Shown piece after piece: positions 51,236 through 64,000 of a stretch of DNA of 64,000 nucleotides. The stretch lies in NCBI GenBank assembly GCA_002633005.1, contig NMRA01000420.1, positions 208,318 to 272,317 of the forward strand, given 5' to 3'. The DNA comes from Phoronis australis. Lineage: Eukaryota > Animalia > Phoronida. Numbering within the stretch: the first letter of the stretch is position 1; each line of letters opens with the position of its first letter. Made by a program: the position numbers and the translations under genes. Under the pieces are notes generated by a model that searched no databases, had not been told where the DNA came from, and was given only the letters and a program-made list of their open reading frames with translations.

Positions 51236-53642
51236 CTGAAGTTTGACATGTTCCCCATTCCACCAAATTTTGGTCAATACGGAGAAATACTGAAACTGTG
51301 AGAAGTACAATAAATTGCATGCAGTTACCAATTTTCAGCAGGACTCTGCATAATTTGTATCTAACAATTTGTCATTTACTACTGTGGGTACTTCATTAGA
51401 TCACATTTTTGTTCATTTTGCGTCTATGATTGCTACAAAAGTGCTAGGGAAATTGCCAACTGTAGTTTTGAAGTATTGCCAGCAGCCTGGAAAGCTGTTG
51501 CAAAAGTGACCCTTGTAACTGTTCACTGGTGTTTTTCGTTTCTAGCAAATTAAAATGCTTGTGAAAGCACTGGCATTTTGACTGTGTAAAAGTAAAGTTT
51601 AACTTTTGATGTAGACCACTTATTGAACTTTTTGAAATGTTTAAATTGATCTGTATCATGGACTCGGAAAGAACTGAACGTTTGCGTTGAACGTAGCCTC
51701 AAGCATAAACAATCCCGGAAATGAGTTCTCATTTCTTCAAGTAACTACATGTAGTAGCCCAGTTTTATAATTATGAAAATTGGTGGATATTGGACAGTTC
51801 TATTTACTTATTTGACAGCACAGGTTCACTGTTCAGCTTCAAGCAACACACTCAGTCCGGGCAGGCTATTCTCCAACTTCACAAACCAGATTATGACAGA
51901 AGCCTTTAACTTGTAATAGACGTGTAATCCCATGTTTTTTCTTTTAAACCAAAACGAGTTGTTTTTTTCTTTTTCTTGGAAGAAAACAAGGTGTGCCCAT
52001 TTTTATGTCTGACTTGAATTAAACTCTAAGCATGTGAATGTAGCGGTTATGGAAAATTGTTGCCTGTGGTGAATTCTCCTAATTATTTCATATACGCTCA
52101 GAAAATATTGTGTGAACAATTTTGGAATGGTGAGAGGTTTGAACGCACTTTTGGATTGGTGCCTTCAGTCAGGTTGCAGAGTCAGGGAATCCGTTTTGTG
52201 CAGAATTGAAGTGAGACGATAGTGTTTCTCAAGTGGCAATAAACCCACTTTTGGGCCCCAAAAGCTAAACATTTGATTTGTCCTCAAATTGATCCTTGCC
52301 CAGATGCATTGTTTCCGTACTAGGCGAGAACTGAATTCTAACTGATGCTTGAGGCTGCTCTCGCCACAATGATGTACTGTGATGGGCCAAATGATGGGAC
52401 CAGATCTCAAGCAGTATTGTGTAATAACTACCAGGCCTTCCCCATCGTCAATTGTATATACACATGTATACAGTGTCCATGGTTGAAATATTGAAATATT
52501 TCCATGACTATGTTAGCTGCTAGTACAATTCCACTTCACTGATCAGTGCAGGATGAATGGAACTAAATCCATTAGGTCAGTGGTTCTGGTGCACAGAATT
52601 GTGAACCCAGCTTTTGTTGAAAACAAACATTTTTTGACTGAGACCACTTGCAGTATGACACTCTCGGCTTGTTCCTAATTACCTACATGTATGTAAGCGT
52701 ATTGCTACATTTTACTGGCAATGAACAACCTGCCTACTAGTATCTGATTGGCATGTCTGATGCACACTCATAGTGGATGAAAAAGTCCAGGCATTTCTTC
52801 TTATTCTGCTAATGTGAATTCCATAACAGCTTTGATATCATATGAGATACATAGCTTCTGCTAGATGTTCCTCCCACTTGAAAGATGACACCTAGTGGCA
52901 GGGCACCAACAGCACATTGCTAAGGCTGTGTTTCTGTAGTGTTTTGATTTTTTGATAAATGGGTTCGGTAAGAACATTTTTTTGACAACAAATTTACAAA
53001 TTAATTAACGCTTACTACAAGATTATAGTAAATTTGTTGAAAAATGCAAATCTGTGTGGCCGTTTTATTTTGCAGCCATTCTACCATAACTAATATAATA
53101 ATATAATAATAATCTCCGCTGCGCTTCAGAGGTCTTAGTTAATCGAACGAACAAAGTTTTCAACCAATACCATTCACCTAGCAGTGATAAACAAATCCAG
53201 TCCATATAGTGAATAAATGGGAAGACGGTGAAGGAAATGCACCCCGGAACTAGCAATCCTAGTGGTGAAGTAATACAATAATACCTGTTAAATATTAATT
53301 GGTCAAGTTGCCATTGTTGCTTGTGACTGTTTCAATTGTAAACTCCAGACTTCCTTTGAGTGTCGTCAACGATCAATAAAAGATTCACCACTGAAAAGTT
53401 GACGCACACAAACACACGCACACACATACACACACACTCACTCACGGAGGCACGTGCACACTTTCTCACTCCTAACTTGACGTCTGTTTGATACCAACAT
53501 CTGAGGTGGAACGTTGCCAGCTAAGTAACAAAGTGTGATCACAGGGTGTCTGGGTACAGGGGAGTGCCAAGAATGTCGTTTCTGCCCTGCAAATGTGAAC
53601 TGTGCTGTATATCCTGTATTGATTTTCCTCTTTGCTTTTCAG

Positions 53643-53804
53643 TCCTTGAATACCAAGTATAACCTGAACGCTAAACCTTTCCTGCCAGAACAGTCTAATG
53701 TGCGACCATCACGTTATCCCAATGAACAAGTCATTATGGACAAATTCAATGCCAAGAAGCAGCAACAGCAACACAGTGCATACAGAAATGGATTATCAAC
53801 GCAG
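53643..53804 (+). CDS. Isolated phase 0-0 coding exon of an unidentified gene with a PAM2-like motif
   Basis: Strong acceptor TTTTCCTCTTTGCTTTTCAG and donor CAG|GTGAGT; 162 nt open: SLNTKYNLNAKPFLPEQSNVRPSRYPNEQVIMDKFNAKKQQQQHSAYRNGLSTQ. Confidence 0.65.
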
Positions 53805-56800
53805 GTGAGTGTTTACTCCCGAGTTGTCACTACTGCAGTGAAGCCCACTTAATATCTCACCGAATGATAGAATGTCCCGGTTATTGTCATGGAATGTCAA
53901 AAAACCCAATAATTCCCCATTAAATCCATGTAAAATAACCTGGGTAGGGTCATGATTTATTTCCTATTCCCACGTATTGTCATTAAAAAATTATCGGAAT
54001 TGATTCTCACCCACTTAATAGCATGTGTACCTTCACTTTTTGTCTAAAATCTAACCTAATTCATCTTGTATTTATTTGCCTAATCAGGGCCCGGTCTCCA
54101 ATCTCCGTACTCAGACTCATACTCATACTCGAGATTTCATACTCAAAATCGTGCTTACTGGAGTCGTACTCAAAAAAGCGTATCTAATGTCGTATTTCGA
54201 GTAGACTCCAAACGTACTCAAATCTGACACTCATACTCGAGTTGCTATGGAACTCTTTATGATGTGAAATGCAAAATCACGCAAAGCCGCGCTGATTCAT
54301 CGCTCCCTATTGGAANCTCCTCTTGTGCTTCACAAGTAACTGTTGTGAATCAGTTGCAGCCTACACGGAGTTCAAACACTTGTCATGGCGGCCAAATGGT
54401 TTAAGTAACTTGGGGGCGGATCACAGAATTGGTTTCCTGAGAATGGTCAAGCCCACATTTGGGTGCAAGTAGAAAGGAAATAAATTGGTATATTCTGGGA
54501 TTTGAAATTTTAATTAGGTCATGATAGCATTAAGGTTGGATAAGTGCCAGCCTTTGTGCAATTTCTTTTCTAAAATACAATTTTTCATTTAGATAAAATT
54601 ATGTTATTGTTTTCATTGCTAGCCATAACATATGTTTTAGCCAATGTGCTAGTTGTTTGGGACGACTTTAATTGATTTCACTTACGGTATATTCCAAATT
54701 TTTGTCAGCCATTTTCAGGCTTTTTGGCTTACGACACTTCCTAAACTTGAGTCGCCATGTCCTTTTATTAAATGGCCAGGACTCTCGCGAGGTGTGCTGT
54801 TGTGAAGAAAGTTGATCTTTCCAACATTAGAGCCTGTACAAATTGAATTAAAAATAAGTTTTCTATTTCCCATTTTCCTTTTGTGCCAACTCAAGATAAG
54901 TGTCTGTTGTTCTGTACTCCGGCACATTGTTTACTCAGATGAGCTTCTGGTCTAAGCAATCGCCCTTGATTACCCCTAGATTCAAGCTTCAAACTCATGA
55001 CGTGATCTTTAGTGCTGGGGTCATCTAGTGCAAGTTAAGAATAGACAGTCATATGTAGATATGAACCATGTTGTACTTGAGCCAGCACGTGATAATAACT
55101 CTTCGTGAATTTGCACACAGTAGGTTGGAAAATGCTCAAAATAATGCCAAGTTCAATTTAGAGTGGACCTGGACCCATTTTGAATGTGCAGTGTTCTCCA
55201 CAACCTATTGGACTCGTCACTGCGTTGAGTTTGAATTTTGCCATGACGAGTTTGGCTTCCTTGTGTCGAGTTTGAAAACCGATGCAACAAGTTTAAAATT
55301 ATGGGACATTACGACATTTTGGCCTTTTGGTACCAGATCAATGTATTATTTCAAGACTTAACACACAAACTCTCCACAGTATGGACATTGGACTTTCGAA
55401 CATAGATGAATTTTATAAATCCAGTAGAGTTAAAATTTTCTGTTGTGGAAAACACTGGTGTGGTGTGTAATGGCTTCAACTTTTCAAAGCAAGTTGTTTT
55501 ATGAAATGTGTACTTCACTGAGGCTTATCTTGCAGTGGAACAGTATGAATTTTTTATATAACGATGAAAAATATTGCAACCTGATCATGCTCTGCTTACC
55601 GCCCACACCCAATGTTTCATGATCGAGACTTCTTAAAAGTGTCTGTGCTTTTGTGAACGTTTGTCGCTCAAAACTATGAGCCCAAAACGGGCGCAACTCG
55701 CTTACCTTTCAGTGACATTCAATCAGTTTTAGGGAAACGGGAACCTTGCCTTACTATGGCGGTAAAATACTCGTATTCTCGTGCTCTTTACTGAGCAGCG
55801 ACTGAGGTATGCAAGATCCCAATCACGGTCGGGATCGTGGCGCCACTGTATCTTGTGCGCTATTCCACCTTAGGCTGTCGAAGTCTGTTACGTCAATCCG
55901 TTGACGTATATTTTAACTGATATGCTTGAAGTCCGACATCAGTGTAGCTCTGTAAGGGTAAAATGGGTCCACTGTGTAAGCACCCACTCCCTACTTTTCA
56001 AAAATCTCAATTTTGACCACCCATGCTCGGCTTATCGCCCACCCGGCTGTTTAGATTCCCAATTAAAGCACTCTGGGCGGTAACTCCGACGATTAAAGTA
56101 GCTGCAAAACGGTGTCTGGGATTTTTAGGCCTTTGGGCCTGAGATCTTGACTGTAAAAAATGAAGACCTCGACTTTCCATTACAAGTTCGGAGGTCTTTA
56201 TTTTTGGGAGCCGAGTTCTTCAGATCAAAGACCTTAAAAACCATTTTGTAGGTAATATGCCTAATAAACAGAATCTGCAAAATGACTGAGAAAATTTTAA
56301 CGCCTGTGTAAATTACTGCGGTCTCCGTGTTGCTCTTCGGGTCAAAATCAAAATGTCAGAAATCTCCAAAAAGCCTCGGGAGACAACTTGAGGGCTTCAG
56401 TTGCTTATTTCTTAAGTACCACACTGCATCAAACAATTATACCTACCTAAGCTAACTTTAATTGTCTTTTGAACCAAGTTATGATCGTGAAAGAAGGGTC
56501 TACACAATATTGTTAAAATTAAGATATAAGAGAATTTTGTTCAGGCTAGCTGAGAGCCTGCTTAAACTCAACTTAGACAGGACAAAAACCAGCACATTTT
56601 AAATACTGATTTGCATAACAAAAATGACCTAGTGGGCGGAGCTTTGCCATAGTTGCAACGACAATGTGCTGCCAGTCAATGGCTACTCTGTTATAATTGG
56701 AACTTGTTTGAGCAGTCTGTTAAAGCGTTTCCCAACCATTGTGTTCAACCAAGAAATTAAGGACGTCGATACTCAAGCACCAGACTTGCTTGAAAGTAGA

Positions 56801-57278
56801 ATGCGAGGCTGCAAGGCACATGTTTATAGATACGATGTCGTAGCACGGGTGAGAATTTTGTTAATAACATGTAAATACATCGTCTTTGGCATAAACAATA
56901 AAAAAAACTTTCACAAATACCTGCCTAGTCATTGTGGCTTACCTGAACCTGTACAAAAACAGGCATTCATCCTGGAACGTCTTCTGTTATTACTGTTGTT
57001 CAAGTTACACAAGAATATGAAACGCATTTTCTTTTTTTTTAATTCACATGATTTTCACACATTCTGCGACCCACTTTGTCACTAATTGTAAATTTATGGC
57101 ATTTACTGTGTAGCAGTGCAGTCATCTGCGCACTACGTTAAAATCCGGTCGCAGTTTCTGTTACCATGCCACCTAGTTCCCTTACACAAGCTCCGCCCAC
57201 GAGGTCACATGATCGGAATCACTTGTAAACAAACTCCACGTGTATATGACTCAGCAAAAAGATATTAGATAGAACATA

Positions 57279-57757
57279 AAAAGATATTTTACAAAAATGT
57301 CATGTCTAATAATTACCTCCAGGACGAACACGCTATTAAGAAAATCATAAGGGACAACGTTAAAGTTTGTAAGCCTGATGATTACCTTGATGTTATTATT
57401 TATTATCGGAATAGGAAGTCCTCCAACTTGGTCATGAAAAATAACATTTCTAAAGCGAAAGTCCGCCCCGTTGCACAGTGTAGTGTTGTTTATGAATTTG
57501 TATGCCCTATGAATGAATGTCTTCGTTCAAACGTCAAACAATGTTACATTGGTCAAACGGTTTGCAGTCTTTCCCGTCGGTTATCCATGCATCTTCAAAA
57601 TGGCGCCATTCAAGATCATTTTCTGCAATACCACGCACGTAAAATCACCCGTCAAGAAATTGTGGAAAACACGTCAATTCGCTACGTGGAGCAAGATGTG
57701 CTGCGTTTGAAAGTATTAGAGTCCCTTTTAATTGCTTTTGAGAAGCCTATTTTGAAT
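57279..57757 (+). mobile_element. Penelope-like element fragment with an open GIY-YIG endonuclease frame
   Basis: IYYRNRKSSNLVMKNN...VVYEFVCPMNEC...YIGQTVCSLSRRLSMH...IQDH...LESLLIAFEKPILN; runs into the gap. Confidence 0.85.
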
Positions 57758-57917
57758 NNNNNNNNNNNNNNNNNNNNNNNNNNNNNNNNNNNNNNNNNNN
57801 NNNNNNNNNNNNNNNNNNNNNNNNNNNNNNNNNNNNNNNNNNNNNNNNNNNNNNNNNNNNNNNNNNNNNNNNNNNNNNNNNNNNNNNNNNNNNNNNNNNN
57901 NNNNNNNNNNNNNNNNN
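57758..57917. other. Assembly gap
   Basis: Run of N. Confidence 1.
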
Positions 57918-59399
57918 AATCTGTATATATTTTTGTTTTTATATATCTGTAATAGCATATCTAAGTATTAGAATACTTATTTTAGATACTACTTAATTGT
58001 ATATGCCTCTATGTATATTAGTTTCATTTATGAATTGTTTACAACCCAGATATAATGCTTCGCGGTTTCTGGGTTTGTTATTATTTCTTTGTATGTTCTG
58101 TATATTCTTCAATAAATATATATCACACCGTCAAAAACCCAATGTGCTAGTTGTTTGGGACAACTTCAATTGATTTAATTTATATTCCAAATTTTTGTCA
58201 GCCATTTTCAGGCCCTTTGGTCTACGACACTTCCACAACTTGAGTCGCCTTGTCCTTTTATTAAATGGCCAGGACTCTCGCGAGGTGTGCTGGTGTGAAG
58301 AAAGTTGATCTTTCCAACATTAGAGTCTGTACAAATTAAATTAAAAATAAGTTTTCTATTTCCCATTCTCCTTTTGTGCCAACTCAAGATAAGTGTCTGT
58401 TCTGTGCTCCAGTACATTGTTTACTCAGATGAGCTTCTGGTCTAAGCAATCGCCCTTGATTACCCCTAGATTCAAGCTTCAAACTCATGACGTGATCTTT
58501 AGTGCTGGGGTCATCTAGTGCAAGTTAAGAATAGACAGTCGTATCTAGATATGAACCATGTTGTACTTGAGTCAGCATGTGATAATAACTCTTCGTGAAT
58601 TTGCACACAGTAGGTTGGAAAATGCTCAAAATAATTCCAAGTTCAATTTCGAGTGCAAGATTAGACCCTGAATCCACTTTGAATGAGCAATGTTCTCCGC
58701 AACCTATTGGACTCGTCACTGCGTCGAGTTTGAATTTTGTCATGACGAGTTTGGCTTCCTTGTGTCGAGTTTGAAAACTGATGCAACAAGTTTAAAATTA
58801 TGGGACATTACGACATTTTGGCCTTTTGGTACCAGATCAATGTATTATTCCAAGACTTAACACACAAACTCTCCACAGTATGGACATTGGACTTTCGAAC
58901 ATGTATACATGAATTTTATAAATCCAGTAGAGTTAAAATTTTCTGTTGTGGAGAACACTGGTGTGGTGTGTAATGGCTTCAACTTTTAAAAACAAGTTGT
59001 TTTATGAAATGTGTATTTCACTGAGGCTTACCTTGCAGTGGAACAGTGTGAATTCTTTATATAACGGTGAAAAATGTTGCAACCTGATCATGTTCTGCTT
59101 ACCGCCCACACCCAATTTTTCATGATCGAGACTTCCTTAAAAGTGTCTGTGCTTTTGTGAACGTTCGTCGCACAAGACTAAGAGCCCAAAACGGGCGCAA
59201 CTCGCTTACCTTTCAGTGACATTCAATCAGTTTTAGCGAAACAGGAACCTTGCCTTGCTATGGCGGTAAAATACCCGTATTCTCATGCTCTTTACTGAAG
59301 GAGACACAATTGTAGCCTTTGGCTCACGCGGAACTCGTGTCAGCTTGTAGTGATTTCTGAAACAGCGCTTGTCGAATGTATTTCATTGCAATGGAAGAA

Positions 59400-59700
59400 T
59401 CAACAAAGCAGTACTTGATAGGAATTTCAAATCCGTGGCCTACCATTCTGCGATTTCCCGTGACAGCACACGAAACATCACAACCCTGAGCTATGATATA
59501 AGAAAAATCACGAGCACACTCGGTTGATACATGACCAACGATATTGGAAACTCCACCGGCATTATTTTTGACAGAAACTGCATATGAATTGTATTAATTG
59601 TTAACCTCAAGAATTCACCAACAAATGGTAGCCAGTCATGTCTAAAGTAATGGTAACCACGTGCGGCAGAGTAAAAGACGAAACTGTCGCATTGTTTTGA
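59400..59700 (-). pseudogene. HIRAN-like domain relic, probably transposon-borne
   Basis: ARGYHYFRHDWLPFVGEFL, then across frameshifts AVSV, IVGHVP, CAVTG and FEIP. Confidence 0.55.
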
Positions 59701-62700
59701 ATACAAGCTGACCCGAGCCATTGTGACAAGCAACTTGTCTCGCATGTTTTTTGATGACACACTCCTGACACCAAAATGGAAAAGCCCAACCAAAAGAGAC
59801 AGCGTAAGAAATCTACTTGTCATTAAGCACAAGTCCAACATTCTGTCTGCATTCACGTGGTCTGAAACTTGTTTTTTTGAACTCTTGATTTGCCTTGATG
59901 ACTTTTTACATGATGTGTTTTTGCTTCATTATTTTCGCAGGCGACTGAGCACCCCTATTGCTATTGTTTAGTACGTGCTTTGCACTGGTGTCAAATTCTG
60001 GGCTGTTTTATGTGATTGTGGGGAGCAAATCTTGACAAAATCACGTGCTTCCCTTAAAAATACATGGCGAACTAGCGGAGTCTTGAGATATATTGCTTTT
60101 CTCTTGATTTGTACTGAACGCATGCCTACCCGTAGGAATACCTTAGTTCTAGGAGATGACGAGCAGCGACTGAGGTGTGCAAAAACCGAATCGCGGTTGG
60201 GATCGTGGCGCCACTGTATCGTGTGCGCTATTCCACCTTAGGCTGTCGAAGTCCGTTACGTCAATTCGTTGACGTATCTTTCAACTGGTATGGTTGAAGT
60301 CCGACATCAGTGGTGCTCCGTAAGTGTAAAATGGGTCCACTGTGTAAGCAACCTCTCCCTACTTTTCAAAAATCTATTTTGACCACTCATGCTCGGCTTA
60401 TCGCCCACCCGGTTGTTTAGATTCCCAATTTAAGCGCTCTGGGCGGTAACTCCGACGATTACAGTAGCTGCAGAACGGTGTCTGGGATTTTTAAGGCCTT
60501 TGCGCCAGAGATCTTGACTGCAAAAATCAAGACCTCGACTTTCCATAATAAGTTCGGAGGTCTTTATTTTTGGCAGCCGAGTTCTCCAGATCAAAGGCCT
60601 TAAAAACCATTTTGTAGGTAATATGCCTAATAAACAGAATCTTCAAAATGAATGAGAAAATTTTAACGCCTATGTAAATTACTGCGGTCTCCATGTTGCT
60701 CTTTGGGTCAAAATCAAAATGTCAGAAATGTCCAAAAAGCCTCGGGAGACAACTTGAGGGCTTCAGTTGCTTATTTCTTAACTACCACACTGCATCAAAC
60801 AGTTATACCTACCTAAGCTAACTTTAATTGTCTTTTGAACCAAGTTATGATCATGAAAGAAGGGTCTACACAATGATATTGTTAAAATTAAGTAATAAGC
60901 GAATTTTGTTCAGGCGAGCCGAGAGCCTGCTTAAAATCAACTCAGACAGGACAAAAACCATCACATTTTAAATACTGATTTGCATAACAAAAATGACCTA
61001 GTGGGCGGAGCTTTGCCATAGTTGGAACGACAATGTGCTGCCAGTCAATGGCTACTCTGTTATAATTGGAACTTGTTTGAGCAGTCTGTAAAAGCGTTTT
61101 CCAACCATGTGTTCAACCAAGAAATTAAGGACGTCGATACTCAAGCACCAGACTTGCTTGAAAGTAGAATGCGAGGCTGCAAGGCACATGTTTGTAGATA
61201 CGATGTCATAGCACGGGTGAGAATTTTGTTAATAACATGTAAATACATCGTCTTTGGCATAAACAATAAAAAAAACTTTCACAAATACCTGCCTAGTCAT
61301 TGTGGCTTACCTGAACCTGTACAAAAACACGCATTCATCCTGGAACGTTTTCTGTTATTACTGTTGTTCAAGTTACACAAGAATATGAAACGCATAGTCT
61401 TTTTTTTTAATTCACATGATTTTCACACATTCTGCGACCCACTTTGTCACTAATTGTAAATTTGTGGCATTTACTGTGTAGCAGTGCACTCATCTGCGCA
61501 CTACGTTGAAATCCGGTCGCAGTTTCTGTTACCATGCCACCTAGTTCCCTTACACAAGCTCCGCCCACGAGGTCACATGATCGGAATCACTTGTAAACAA
61601 ACTCCACGTGTATATGACTCAGCAAAAAGATATTAGATAGAACATATTTACTAAAGATATTTCTATGGTGTTAACATCATCTGAAAGAGGAAGTTTGCTA
61701 ATATGGGAAAATGCCGTTTAGTTTCAAATATTCCAACGAAGATAGGCAGCGATGTTAACTGGTGAATTAGCACAGGGTTTCAGGTCAAGTGCAGACACTT
61801 ATGTAACTGGAGAATTTCAGCTTGGAAATGTTCCAACTTTCCAAATGAGTTGTGCTGCTACTTACAGGTTCACCTACTGATTTGTTTCGTGTGTGTTAGT
61901 GAACATGTGCTTTTTTGTGGAGCAATAAAGCCAACAAATGCGAACTATCTATAATCAAGCATAAACTTCTGTTGATGCTTGAGTTGCATGTAAACAATAT
62001 TGTTCTTTGGTGAACTGTGATTGAATCCTGGTATCTACGATCAGAGGCCTGAGCCCCCCCTCTTTTAGATGCGGCGTTCACGCCTTGGTTTTAGTGCAAA
62101 CTAACACTTTTGGATAAAATGAGAGGAATTGTGGAAAATATTGAGATGGTCATGGGTGTGTTGCAGACTATTATAGGAGTGTGGTGTATTTCTGCATAAA
62201 GTGACAAATGGAGTTGCTGGCAAAGGAGCTGTTATTAACCAACGGTTACTAATAACTCATCACATGGAGGTCTGACTGATGATATGAGAAAGAAAGCATT
62301 GTTTTAGATTCCCCCCGAGATGTTTTGGCACTTAATGTGGAACTGATAGATTTATGCAATTTCTTGTGTGTGCTTCTTTTATTGTGGATTTCGTGGAACT
62401 TCTTTCCTTTACCGGTTAGACCATGTTTTCCTATTTTCAGAAAATGAGAAATTCGTTTTAGCAAACTTAAAACTCTTTTTGTTCCCATTTAGTTAGTCGT
62501 CACATTCTGCTTTATGAAATAAAAAGGGATCTGGTAATTACCTTACTCCTTCTATAGAATTTATCTGTTCCATTTCACCAATAATGTGCTGCTCATCATG
62601 GTTATTGTTTTTCAAACCATAAAAGAACAGCGCCACCTTCAGAAAGTATGAAGTACTTGAACATGTCTGCTGCAAAGTTATAATTGATCGATTTGTAGGC

Positions 62701-64000
62701 AGAGCATTAAACTTGATGCATTAAATTCTAAATTTTTTGAATTTAAGCAAACACAAAATGTTAGAATTAATGTATCTGCTACTGGAATGGAAATTCCCTT
62801 TTGAAATCTCTAATTTTGTGTTATAAAGCAAATTCTTTGAATTCCATGCTCATGGAAAACCAGGATCTCAATTAGTTAGAATCATTTGCAAGGTCATTAA
62901 GTTCAGTTGGTGGTTCAACATCCTGTACCATTTCTTAGTTGTCATTTTGTTCAGACACATGTTCATGCACTGAAGTAACAACAGTCTAAGGTGCAATGGG
63001 GTGGTTTTCTTGGAATTTGTTAATTGGCCACATAAGCTGTAGGGTCTGTTGTGCTTACAAATTAGCCAGAAAGGTCAAAATTGCTACAGGGACTTATGCT
63101 ATACCTTATGGCTTCTAAGTGTCCTCCCCTGCTGTGCATAACTCACTCCTGATATTGCTTGCTATCTTGATATATGGTTATTAGTGTTCGTGGAAGTCCA
63201 AGCCTTCAGTTACAATCAAGATTTGGTAAGTGTAGAAGGCATTGTGTAGAATAAAAAGTAAACGGTGAAAGTTCTCCGGTTTGGGACAGTGAAAAATAAA
63301 ATTAAATTAATGATTTTGCTCAAGGTTGGAGCTTGTTCGGAATTTCAGAAATAGGCAATGTTGGCCGTCTCGAATTCAAGAAATATCGATGAGAAGTGAT
63401 CACTCACCTCTATGTTACATCGTATGGAACCTGTGTAAGCGTTGGCGTCGGCAGCTTTTTTGCTAATTTTATGAACTGCCTAATGTTATTTTCCGACTCT
63501 GTTGATAAAAATTCAATTTGTCATGTATTCAAGGAAATATGAATACCATCAATGCTAAAATTGCCAATATCCCATTCTTAGGAATCAAGAAATTTTGGCT
63601 TGATTTTCTATTCCCAGATTTTAGAGGCTGCCTAAACTAGAGAATTGCTACAGTAACATTGGTTTCCACTCCATTATAAAGTTAGATATCATAATACGAT
63701 TGCAAACTTCAACTGACGCTGAAGACTGCGAGGTGCGGATTACCAATTTTGGATATTCAAGTCAGACTATATCTTAACTAGTCATGACAATGATAACTAC
63801 AAATCGAATCTTTTGTGAATAACTCTTTGTTGCACATCTCTCTGGATGTAGTTCAGAGTTTACTGTTTTTTATATTGAAAACTAAGTTGCATAGAAATCT
63901 TTTGTTGTGTTATGTAACTTTGAGTTCATACTAGCTACACAGGTTTTGAATGGCAAGTGCATGAAACTTATGGGCAGGTATTTGTTTACATTCTCCTCAT

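Larger units (their letters stand above)
54641..61646. repeat. Direct duplication 54641-57278 / 58139-61646 separated by an N gap
   Basis: Near-identical collinear blocks (e.g. ORFs 56666 and 61022) with scattered substitutions and one 864-bp indel. Confidence 0.9.

Noticed and set aside
57302-57757. Selenocysteine-recoding Naiad-type Penelope element
   Set aside because: The endonuclease cysteines are TGC/TGT with no in-frame TGA; clade assignment needs RT sequence that is absent here.
63184-63226. Possible downstream exon ending TTG|GTAAGT
   Set aside because: Weak acceptor and no convincing translation in phase with the 53643 exon.

Overview
Eukaryotic (invertebrate animal-like), AT-rich, intron-containing DNA from a draft assembly with N gaps; no prokaryotic features. 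Two complete spliced genes can be read. One is a 3-exon Gbx homeobox gene (15690-18858, +) with an eh1 motif, Gbx homeodomain and the KIVVPIPVHV C-terminal motif. The other is a 5-exon DNAJC9 (27014-37555, +, 268 aa). Head-to-head with DNAJC9 is a candidate 65-aa lipid-anchored microprotein (MGNCCKKK...) sharing a ~300-bp promoter with a STAF/ZNF143-type site. An orphan symmetric exon with a PAM2-like motif lies at 53643-53804. The rest is mostly transposon-derived: an Academ relic with a Kolobok and a MITE nested inside it, Penelope-like fragments with a variant hammerhead ribozyme, a Helentron/HINE-type element, an inverted pair of 2.6-kb TIR elements, foldbacks, LINE relics and minisatellites. 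One minisatellite amplifies the DNAJC9 exon-2 splice donor nine times. Three tandem duplications have N at their junctions and are probably uncollapsed haplotypes. All family calls come from motif recognition by eye; no searches were run.
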